From the NCBI RefSeq assembly GCF_009914755.1, contig NC_060926.1: a stretch of 64,000 bases of DNA; one strand, written 5' to 3'. This DNA is from the human T2T-CHM13v2.0 reference genome, Homo sapiens. Below are positions 35,211 through 46,135 of this stretch, piece by piece. Both the position numbers and the translations under genes were made by a program. Position 1 is the first letter of the stretch. Each line of letters opens with the position of its first letter. The notes below the pieces were generated by a model. It worked only from the letters and a program-made list of their open reading frames with translations. It searched no databases and was not told where the DNA came from.

Positions 35211-37389
35211 AGTAAAAGTCATTATTTTAAAAGTTGATGAAATTAGTTCACACTACACACATTTACAAACACAGGTCACACACACACACAAACACCTCCA
35301 AGGCAAGGGTCTGCACATTTGTTTGGGGTTGTTTTGTTTTGTTTTGTAAGCAAACTGAACCCAACACAAAGCACTGTACTCCCCTTCTTGGTGTTTATTA
35401 CAGGACCATGGAGGCTTAGTAAAAAGCATTTATTTAAGGGGAGTTATTTTCAGAGGCTGTTTTCTAGCCAGGAAAAAAAAAATCGGATACTTAGACTTAT
35501 CCCCTGGTATGTGCAACATGTAAACAACCAGGTAGCATGCTTCTCCCACCCCCAAAGATCAAACTCCAGGGTTCCAGCCTTGGCCCTGTATCAGTCTGAC
35601 TGCCCCTGGAAGGTTGGCCATCTCCAGTGATATAGGCTACATGACCGACTATTCGAGTCTGTTTGGCTCACAGCTGTCCCCTAGTGCCTGGCATATTTTA
35701 GGAACTCAATAAACATTTGTTAGATGACAAATATTTCAAAGAATGTGCAACAGCTCCTGGAGAACTGTTTCCAGTAGATATAAATTCCTAGCAGCATCTT
35801 GGGGTAAGAGGACGGGCCCCCGAGGCTGCCACCTCTAGAGGGCCTTGGATAGTGGCCAGTGCCTTCCCACACAGGCCCAACAGTCACCCAAAACAGGCTG
35901 TCATTCAGCTCCTCACCCTTGCATTTTGAAAGTCCTCTCCCAGGGTCAAGAGATAGAGAATTCCTCTAGCCTGGTCCCACCCAGGCCAGTGGCTCCTAGA
36001 GACTCAGTCCCTAGGTAACCCCTCCTATTCACCATGGACAATAGGCCACTCAGCAGACAGGCCTTGGATGCTTGTTGGGACCCACCTGAGCCAGAGCAGA
36101 GCTTCTGGCTCACATGGTGAAGGGGAAACCAGAGAGAGGGTGACCTAGGAAGAGGTGCCAGAGATGCCTGGCTCCTGATTGCCAAGGTCAGTCTGGAACC
36201 CGCTTGCAGGTGACACAGATCACTGATCGCAAATGATTATTGCTTGAGGCAACAGGGCCCTAAACCTGAGGGTTTCCTAGCACTGGGGACATGGGAGACA
36301 GGTGGTTAGTGACCTTGAATGTACAGTGTTCTGGCTTGCACAGAAGGCATGGCAAAGACAAAAAGGACAAAAAGATGAAAAGGAGACCTGCCTACTTTGT
36401 AGTGACTAGTGGCAAAGACGAAAAGAAGACCTGCCTAAGTGGTAAGTCACTGTAGGCAACCTCTCTGAGGCACAGTCAGGAAGGAAAGGTGAGCCACTGC
36501 CCTTGATGGAAACACAGAAACGAAATGCTTCAAATCCATTCTAACAATGACATTTAAATTTGTGTTTTACTGGATTTGTTTGACTTTTAACACACCACAA
36601 ATTCAAAAGGTATCAAAGGATATAAAGGCCGCCCATGCTGACCTCCAGGCCCCTCCCCAAAGACAGTCCAGAGAGCAGTCCCAGTGATCCAAGCTGCACC
36701 CTGAGCTTTCCAGGAGCATCACGTGGGAAATGCCTGGGAAATGATGCCTGCCCCCTCCCGTGTCTCCCCCGCGACACACAAACACACACACACACACACA
36801 CTCACACACAGCCTTTGCAATCTCCGTTTGCCTCTTTGCCAGAGGACTCAGATCTTTCTTGGGCTCGAGTTGCTGTTCCTTCCCTGAATTGTTCTTCCCT
36901 GGGCCTCAGGAAAGGCTGATGAATAGGCTGGGGTTCTCAGGTTGGGAAAAATGCAGGATCTGGCTTTGGGTATGAGACTGGAATGATAAACTCAGAATGC
37001 TCCCCAGGGTCTGTGCCAGGGCCGAGTTGGATGAAGACAGGGCTCCAGCCTGGGCCTCACAGCACACTGTCCTCTGAGCCCAATGGCCACTTTTGGGAAA
37101 AAGAGGGTTGAGCCAACCTGGGAGGAGAATTGCTGTCCTCAGCCTTGGCAGCCAGTTGCATTTCTCCTGCACCCACCACCTGGGACAGGCACTAAGGTAG
37201 TCAGTGTGGAGGGCCCTGGAATCTGGGTTCACAACCCGCATGCTGGACAGTCTCCCGCTGCTCCCCTTGGGCATGGCTAACCTCCTCATTTCTTCATTCA
37301 CCCTGGCAGGAGGAGGAGAGGGAGCAATTAGGGCTACAGTGTGTTCTTGGCTCTAAGCCTTAAATGATACAAGCTTAAATCTTTCCTTC

Positions 37390-37610
37390 AGCACCCACAG
37401 AGTGCCAGGTAAAGTGCACTGGGTTAAGTGCTCTGAATATATTAATTTACTCCTCTTAACATTTCCAGAGGTTGATACTAATATTACTCCCACTTAATGG
37501 ATGAGAACACTGAAGCCTAGAGAGGTTCAGCAGCCTGTTAGCAACTAGTTAAGTGGTAGAACCAGGATCTGAACCCAACCTAGCCAAGAGCCACGACTCT
37601 GAATCATTGC
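37390..37610 (-). mobile_element. MIR SINE
   Basis: gatgagaacactgaagcctagagaggttcag...agtggtagaaccaggatctgaaccca MIR core. Confidence 0.7.
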
Positions 37611-37839
37611 TCCAGAGACTGTATTCCTATAAGGCTGCAGTCCAGGTGGCTCCTCCCCATTGGACAAAACCAGAAAGAATGCTTCCAGAAGGTGACTGAT
37701 TAGCTGGGGACCCATAGCCATCCAGTGGCATTTCCCAAGCCTTGCCGGGCTCATCTAGCTGTTCCCAAGAAAACTCCCCCACTCTTCTGGTCAAGCGCTG
37801 ACCTGAAGGCTGAAAACCAGTTTGGGAGTCACAGACGTG

Positions 37840-38290
37840 CTCACACAAAAGGTAGAAATAATCCAAATTTCCATCAATAATGAATGGATAGACAAAAAGT
37901 GAGCTAATCATACAATGAAATATTCTTCAGTCAGAAAAAGAAATGAAGTACTGATACACGCTACAACATGGATGAAATTTGAAACATTATGCTAATAAAA
38001 GAAGCTAGGCACGAAAACCACAGATGATATGATTCCATTTATATGAAGTATCCAGGATAGGGAAATCCATAGAGACAGAGAGTAGATTAGTGGTTGCTTA
38101 GGGCTGGGGGTTTGAGGAGATAGAAGGCTGGGGGATCGAGATTTCTTTTTGAGGTGATGAAAATGTTCTAAAATTGACAGTAGTGATGGTTGCACATATC
38201 TGTAAATACACGAAAAACCATTGAATTATACACTTTAAATGGGTGAATTTTATGATATGTGAATTACATCTCAATAAAGCTATTACCAAA
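37840..38290 (+). mobile_element. L1MB 3' end
   Basis: tccatcaataatgaatggatagacaaaa...gaaaatgttctaaaattga...gaattacatctcaataaagct. Confidence 0.85.
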
Positions 38291-41249
38291 ACACAAAATC
38301 AACACAACATACACACATAGTTCTAGAACTTAAGGCCACCACCCAGTCAAGGTAGATCCAGGCTCTGCCCTGCAAGTGTCCATGTCCTTGCAGTCCAAGT
38401 TTCCTTCAGTCTCTGTAGAGGCCGCAGCTCCCCTGCAGTGAATGATACTGCCCCTCAATTCAAAAGGCCCCTCCTGGGCTGTGCCAGGAGCCTGAATCCA
38501 GCCTACCGAGAACCTCTTAGACTGGGAGAGAGCTCCCTTCACAGAGTGAAATTGGAGGGAGGGGAAGAGATTTTTGCCTTGGCAGGGCCCTTGGGGTCCC
38601 ACACAAACCAGCTATATGACCTTGGTCTCAGTATCCTCTTCTGCAAATTGAAACAACTGAGCCCCCGTCCTAAATAGTCTTGTGAGTATTTCATTAAATT
38701 ATGAGTCTAGCACAGCTTCCGGCACTAGCCAGTGTATTCCATGTTAGAAAACAGATGAAGGATTGAGTGAATTTAGGGGATGACATAGATAAAATCAGAG
38801 TGGTAGGAGTAAAGGGATTTAATTTGTTAAGAAAGAAGAAAAAGTTTTAGAAGATTGTCTCAAGTCTCTTGCATCTCTTTTGTTCATTCCAACTCTGCAC
38901 CCAGTGGGATTGTAATTGTCCGAAATGGACAAGTGAAAGAGGGCACTCCTGGAGAAGGCAGAAAAGAAGAGGGGAAATTAAGAAGCAAGAAGAGGGAGAT
39001 GGAGGAAGGAGAGAGTGTTGGTGGGGAGGTTACCAGGGAAACTGCCTCAAAGACTCAAGGGACAGGAAGGACAGAACTGCCCAGGGAAGGGGTGGCTGAG
39101 GGGAGGGAGAAAGGCTAAAGAAAAGAAGGAGAAGCGGAGGCAAAGGGAGGGGGAGGTGGCCAAATCATCAGGTGAGAGGGGAGGAGGAGGAAGAGTCACA
39201 GAGAACTACTGGGGAGAAGAAGGAAGAAGCCAGCTAGTCTGGGATCAATCTGGAGACGAGAAGATTACCAAGTCAGGAGTCCAAAAGCCCCCCTTCCAGA
39301 ACCTGGGGACACTGGTCTCCACTGGCTGCCGACTGGGACCTCTCTCCCTATTCTGGCCCAGCCATCCTCTCCCTGCCCTTGGGCAGCCCTGGAGAATCCT
39401 GAGTCCTGTGGATGGAGAGGGCTTTTCAGATTAAGCTGGACACCTGGAGGTTGGGTCCAGTCGTGTCCTGCCCGGGTCTGTTCAACCATCCCCGAATGAA
39501 CCTCCTCCCCGCAAAACTTCTCCCATCTCCCAGACTCCACCACCCCTGGCTTGCCTCCTCCTCCCTGACCCCACCTAAAGTCCTGACCATTTCTCATTTC
39601 CTGAACCAGAGCATGCTGATCACCACTGGCCTTTGCTCCAGCAAAGTGCCAGCTTCCCCAGCCCTCAGGTGGTTCCTAACCAGGCTTCACCTGGAAGGCT
39701 TTTAAATATATGGATGGCCACTAGGAACCACTAAGGAGCCATTTGGTCTTCAGCTGAGCACCAGTCATTTTAAGTTGTCTGGGTGATTTAATATGTGGCA
39801 AGTGTTGAGAACTCCAGTTTGCCTCCTTCCTTAAGCTTCCTGACCCTGGGCCAAGGCCACAGCCAAGGCAGTACTGCCTGATATATATTTGCCTGGTTAG
39901 GTACCTAAAGGATCTCCTCAGGTCTGGCATGTTAGCAGTGGTCACTCCGGTGTGGCCTTCTTTACAGCCCAGCCTAGACCCACAGCCTCCCTGGTGGAAG
40001 CCCTCCTGGGTAGGCCCTGGGGCTCAGCAGATCAGGAAAGTTGCCAGCACCTTGCATCGGGCCTGGCACACAGGCAGCAAATCTTGACGGGCTCTAGAGC
40101 TCCCACCACTTGGCTGGAATCCCTGCTGGGGCAGAGAAGATGGAGCAAAGGGGCGCAAACCAGGTAAGTGCTGCCTTAGGGGGCTCCCTGCTGTGCCCTA
40201 GAGGTGTCTTAGGGGAAACTAGGTCCAGAAACCCACACTGAGGTGGCAGAGGGAAGGATTCAGCAGCAGCTGAAGCTACTGTCCTGCAGCCCAGAGCACA
40301 CAAGGCCAACTGAAGACCCTGTGGGCCTAGGCCAGAGAAGGTAAACGCCAGGTTGGATAGGTGGTGGGTCCAGAGGTGGTGCAATGGCTGGAGTCTTTGG
40401 CTTCTCACCCTGAACCAGTCAGATTCAGCACAGCAAACTTGGGTTCCCTGTTCCCCACTAAGGGGTAACCTCTCACCCATGCTCATAGAGAGTGCCCCTA
40501 CAGCCCACGGGTCCTTCTCCTGCATAAACCCCAGAGTGCAACACTGGCATCCAGCACAGACATGCCACGGGTCATTTTGTGTTGTCTGAAATAAGCAGTG
40601 ACTGAGCCTGCAGGGGCCAGTGATCCAGGAGGGGCCTACACAGTGGAATTTGAGGAGCTCTCCCACCTCTCTGGACACCCCAAGGAACTGCCTGTGGTCT
40701 CACTGTTGGAGCTACCTCCTTCACTTTCAGTGCTGCTACTTTTCTCAGAAATAAATATATTTTTATTATTTTATGAAAATAACAATACTTACTGTAAAAA
40801 TACCAAAATCCAATACCATCACATCTTAAAATGTCAATCCTTCCCTAGCAGCGGGTGGGATAGCGGGTCACTCCCAAACAGGCTGGTGCAGAGGTCAGGA
40901 TCCCAGGCACTAGAGGTGGGGCACAGGCAGGGGGCTGGAGAAGGAAGCAGGGTGCAGAGGCTTTCTGCCAACTCACTTATGCTCCCTGAGTGGTTTCTTT
41001 GAGGATTGTTCCTCTCTGCTCATCCCAAGCTCCCAGCTCTCTTTAGCTGCAGAACTCCCATTCCTGCATGATGGCTGAGCAGAATGGCAGGCAAAGACTG
41101 GATTTTTGGGGAGGAGGGCAAGTGCCACTGAGGATTTCCCAAGGGCCTTAAGGTGGGCCCCAAAACCAGCGAGGAGAGAGGAGGGCAGGAGACCCAAAAA
41201 GAAAGTTAGTGGAGCAGAGCTGAGGAACCCAGGCTGCCTGAGCCTCTGG

Positions 41250-43000
41250 GGCTCTGGGTCTGAAATGGCTGGGGGGATGCGCTAGCTGAGAGAGGCAACA
41301 GGGTCGTAGAGGCAGAGGGGTCAAAGGGGAGGACAGGAAAGAAGCAGGAGGAACCCGGGAAGGCACCCGACGCCTGCGCACCGCCGGAGAGAGGCCAGGC
41401 CCCAGGCTCAGCTAGAGGCAAGCGCACCCGAAGGAGCCAAGCTGAGCAGGACAGAGTCCAGGCCTGGAAAGCCGGCCTGGAGAGCCGGCCTGGTGCACCG
41501 GCCAGAGCACCCCGAGGGATACGAAAGAAGAAAGAATGCTGGACACAGGTTCTGAGCACCTGAACCGGATACTGAAGGCTCTGCCAGCCCTCCAGAGCGC
41601 TGGCAGTGAAGGACAGAACGGCTCCGCAGAAAGGTACTGGGTAGTGTCTGGGGGAGCCTGGCCTACGAATTCCACCCACTCACATACATCCCTTAGCTCC
41701 CCTAGCACCCAGCACAGGCCTCACATTGCCGACCCTAGAGAGGGCTGCTGCGGGTCGTGGTGTTGGGGGTAGGGGGCAGGGGAGTGTATTTATCCACAGG
41801 CACCAGGGATCCAGTTCCTAGCACCACGAAGGCTCGGGAGGTCAGTCCCTCCCGCTGAGCGGCCAAAAGGCAAGAAGGCGGGTGGTGCGGGTCTGGAGGG
41901 TCCCGGGGGAATGACCAGAATGGGCCCACGCCCCGAAAAGGCGGCAGGAATTGGAGGGTGGCGGAGGATGCTGAGCAAGGTTGAATCCAGAGAGGATGGC
42001 CTCTTTACCCGACTTCAGCCGGGCTTTGGAGAAACCCCAGGGGATTCCAGTTCTAAGGGGAGCTGGGAGCAGGAGTGCCCCTCCCTGCCGAAGGTCTTGC
42101 CATTCCTCCCACTGAGAATGAAGGACCTGAACCACCATTGCCCTCCCCCCACCGTCTGGCATCTCCCTTCCAACTCCCCTAGGTTCAGTTTCTCAATCAT
42201 CTTACCAAAAAAGAGAGGAAGTAAAGAGTCGAAAGAAATTATCTGGGCTCCTGGGGTATTGGCGGGTTGAGATCACAGTGAGGCCGCAGGTGGAGACTGA
42301 AGGTGAAGAGGAGAGCAGCAGGCCCGGGACAGGTCCCAGCTTCGAATGAGGAATCCCTGATCCCAGTGAATTCGTGCCAGGCGGACTCACCACTCCTCCA
42401 GCTCTGCGTCCGTCTTGCACTGGGCAGGAAGTTTCCTCTAGACCCAGGCAGGGACCCAACTTACGCACGCTTTGTTCTCCAACCCACGCACATACTCTGA
42501 AGGCGCGGTACCGCACCCCTACATCCCCCAGTACACCCTCACCATGTGTCTGTACCCGGGCACCTGTGGCCCAGCCTTCCTCACCAAGGACCCGGGGGAC
42601 TTAGCGAGGCAAGATGTCCTCTGTCTCTAGGAAGGGGAGGACGCCGGTGGGAGCCTAGTGGCTCCTGCACAAAGCGCCTTCTTGGTGGGGAACTAGACCG
42701 CCCAGGCAGCGAGCTCAGGGAGGCTCGGGGGCCGAAGCGGCCTGGGGTTCAAGAACCTGTGTTCCAGAGGCTGGCCAGGCTCCCAGCTCGGCCTGAAAGG
42801 GGTCTGACTAGTCAGGGAAGGGCTCGGTGAGGAGACCCAGTCCTCCTCTCCACTCCTCCTCCATACACACCCCGGCGCCTCCGTACACAGAAACCCTGGT
42901 TTCCTTACTCCATCCCCGCATGCACGTGCACCGGGGCTGGCGCCCCACTGCCCAGACCTGCCCAGAAGAGAAAGCCAGGATTCCTGAGGGAGGCCGAATC
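41250..43000. promoter_or_regulatory. CpG-rich shore/island 3-4 kb upstream of VAX2
   Basis: Elevated CpG, unique sequence, no repeats. Confidence 0.55.
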
Positions 43001-43971
43001 TTATACCTCCAAGAGAGAACGTGAGAAAGGAAGAATAAAGGGTGCAGGAGAAAGGAGAAGACTGGAACACCCAAGAGTCAACACCTAGCTGGCTTGGAGC
43101 TGGGCAGTGCTCCCTGCAAGGCTCCCCGGGGCAGACAGGGAAGAGAAAGCTGCCAGAACCTCCGGGGTCCTGGCTCCGAAGGACTCTATGGGAGGCTTCT
43201 GACTTTTCCCAGGAGTGTGCTGACACCTAGGACCTCATCCATGGGCCCTGGAAGAGGACTCCGGGACTAAGACCCGAGTTACTGGTGTGGAAAGATGCCA
43301 TTTGTGAAATGAAAAATTAAAACGATGACAACAAACAAAGCCTGGCACGGTCCAGCAAGTGCTGTTTTTCTGTTTTTGTCTGCACAGAAACTGGGGTCTC
43401 ATCTGCAGCAAGCAGAACCGCTAGAGCTGGGGGTAGGGGTGCAGTGTCCAGGCAAGCCGAGTGTTTGCTTATATTTCTGTTTATAATTTTTGTATACTAG
43501 ATGCATCTTACTCAAGTAATAAAAATAAACTTGAGAGAGCCAGAGAGGCAAAAAACTGAAGTGCAGAGTAGAAGTGGTGGTTGGGTGAGAGACAAGACTT
43601 TTGGGGAGCTTGGCGGATGGAGAGGGAGAGGGTCTGACCTGCATGGCAGTCATTAAGGAGTTCACTGCCACTCCCAGGGCCTGGCCGGGAGGAACAGAGT
43701 GCAGAGCTCACCGCACATCATGCAACATGGATTCCTTCAGCCGAGCTCGAGCTCGGTTCCACTGGATCACACTTTCCCCAGGACCCTCCTGAAACCTCTT
43801 TCTCACTCCTCCCTCCTACATACATATACATTCCTACAGCCCCGTGCCCCAGGCCCACAAACTCTCAGCACCTACAGGTAGTCCACGCTGCTCTCCCTCT
43901 GAACCGTAACTTAAGCCTTGGGCTCAATCCCACCTTTCCTGCCCCCCCGCCCAAATCACTTTGTGGCTGCA

Positions 43972-44075
43972 TTTCCCTTCCTTCCTTCCTTCCTTTTTTT
44001 CTTTCCTTCCTTCCTTCCTTCCCTCCTTCTTTCCTTCCTTTCTTCCCCTCTTCTTTCCTCCCTTCCCTTCTTTCC
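43972..44075. repeat. (CCTT)n polypyrimidine/polypurine tract
   Basis: About 100 nt made almost entirely of C/T. Confidence 0.9.
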
Positions 44076-45688
44076 GTTAGTATTACCAGCAAGACCTCCC
44101 GACCTGCCCTTTTTACCCTCCCCTTTTCCTAGGTTCCATACCCTAAGTGGAGTAGTTGTTAATCACTCAATTAAATAATTGGTGTGTGTCCCCCCCAACC
44201 TCACCTTCTGCCGGGAACATCTGGCATCGGAAACACACAACCATTCACATGCACATTGGACACACACTATGCCACTGAAACACGCACACACTCATACACC
44301 TGCTTTCCCACTCACAGGGATAATGGAGGCTGCACCAGGGACACACTCAGCCATGCTACAGCCACTTTCACGGGCATATCCACGCCAGCTCTCACAGACA
44401 CCCTTAACCAGATTATTGGACAGACCAAAGCACCCTGCTCACGCCAGCAGGTCAGAAAAACGAAGGAAAGTCTGAGATTGTAGTGCTTTAGGGGAAGGGT
44501 CACAGGCCTTGTTGCTCGTGCACACATTTGCACACACACCTTCGTTCTCAATCTTTCGTCCAGGCCCCCTTCTGAGTCAAAGAAGGCCCCTTCTGGTGCG
44601 TTGAGAGAGACACTAGGCTCGGGAGAGCGCTGGCCTCTCCAGTAAATGGTGGGGATCCGCACGCCTCAAAGGGCTGCGCCCCGGGACCCCAGCTGCTCCG
44701 CTCCTCACAGCCTGACCCTGCTTCACTTCCAGCCGTGCTCACCTCCGCCCTTTACCTCTCCTCAGCCTCGGAGAAGGCGGGACCCGGGACAGCGACAGAG
44801 CACGGAGAAAGCTCCGCGGGGGAAACAAGGAAATCCCCACCTTCTATCCCTGTCTCGTGGTGCGGTCCCCTGTGACGGCCTCAGACCTGCGGGGAACCCA
44901 GGACTTTGCCGCCTACCACGGTCTCAGCCTTATTCTCGAGCCTCTGGGCGCCTGCAACCGGCTGTCTGTCTGTGTGCCTGTTCACTCTCCCCCGGGGATG
45001 CGGGTGAGTCGGTCTTCTTGCCTCACTTTGCTAGCCTTATTCGCCCACTCTTGCCTTGCTCTTCCAGGAGGGCCGGGGGAGGGGGTCCTCCGGTCTGGGT
45101 TCATGAGTGTGGGTGTGGGTATAAATCTAGGGGTTGGCGCACTGAGCCTAGGCCTGCGCCCCCGCCTCCAGCACCCCCACCGACCCCACCCCGCCAAGCG
45201 CCCGAGCAAGGCCAACCTCCTGTTCTCTGCTAGGTCTCTCCGAGGTCGCCTTCTTTGCGCACTTTGGTTATTGATCCTGCTGAACCGGCCGGAGCGCAGC
45301 GGCTGCGCTTCTCTGGGAAAGAACGGAGTGGGGAGGTGAGTAGGCTAGGGGAACGGTGGAGGGGAGGAGAGGTTGATCAACTTTAGGAGGGGGTGTAGGG
45401 CGTTCCTCAGGGCCGCCCCAGTCTCCCTCTGCCGGGCTTGGAGCAGGGCTAGACTAGGGGTGGAGCGGGACCACCGCTCCCCTCCCCCTCTCCCCCTGGC
45501 GCGGAGCCCCGGCGCAGCTGGGAGTCTTGGAAACCTGACTCCCACCCAATCAGCAGGGAGGGGAGGAGCAGCGGCCAGGAGCGGGGCCTGAGGAGGAGGA
45601 GTCGAGCGGGGGCGCGAGGGGCGGGGAGCGGCGCTCCCGGCCAGCGTAGGCTGGCTCCGCCGTAGAGGGGTTGGCAGTGGCGGTCAGC

Positions 45689-45935
45689 ATGGGCGATGGG
45701 GGCGCCGAGCGCGACCGGGGCCCCGCGCGCCGGGCGGAGTCTGGTGGCGGCGGTGGGCGCTGCGGAGACCGCAGCGGAGCGGGGGACTTGCGAGCTGATG
45801 GCGGTGGCCACAGCCCAACGGAGGTGGCCGGGACCTCAGCCTCCAGTCCCGCAGGCTCCAGGGAGAGTGGAGCCGACAGCGACGGGCAGCCCGGGCCCGG
45901 CGAGGCAGACCACTGCCGCCGCATACTGGTGCGAG
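45689..45935 (+). CDS. VAX2: VAX2 (ventral anterior homeobox 2) coding exon 1; later exons (homeodomain) lie beyond the window
   Basis: Translates as MGDGGAERDRGPARRAESGGGGGRCGDRSGAGDLRADGGGHSPTEVAGTSASSPAGSRESGADSDGQPGPGEADHCRRILVR, recognised as the human VAX2 N-terminus. ATG is in a good Kozak context (agcATGg). Ends at GAG|GTAAGG after 247 nt (phase 1), consistent with the conserved VAX CRRILVR-D junction. Confidence 0.96.
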
Positions 45936-46021
45936 GTAAGGGGACAGCCCGCGGCCCTGCTCCACTGGACCCTCACCCTACCCATACTGGGGCCCCCGAC
46001 CTAGCTGCAGCTGACACCTCT

Positions 46022-46135
46022 CAATTCATATATTCATTCATTCGTCATCCAGTCATTCATTCAGCAAATATTATTTTGAGCGTCTATTGTGTGCTGGACA
46101 TTAAGCTGAGTGCAAGGGACAAAGCAGCGAATGGG
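46022..46135 (-). mobile_element. L2 3'-end fragment inside the promoter CpG island
   Basis: ttcattcattc...cagcaaatattattttgagcgtctattgtgtgctggac L2 terminus. Confidence 0.7.

Noticed and set aside
41815-41835. REST/RE1-like sequence CTAGCACCACGAAGG
   Set aside because: Right half-site GGACAG is not matched.
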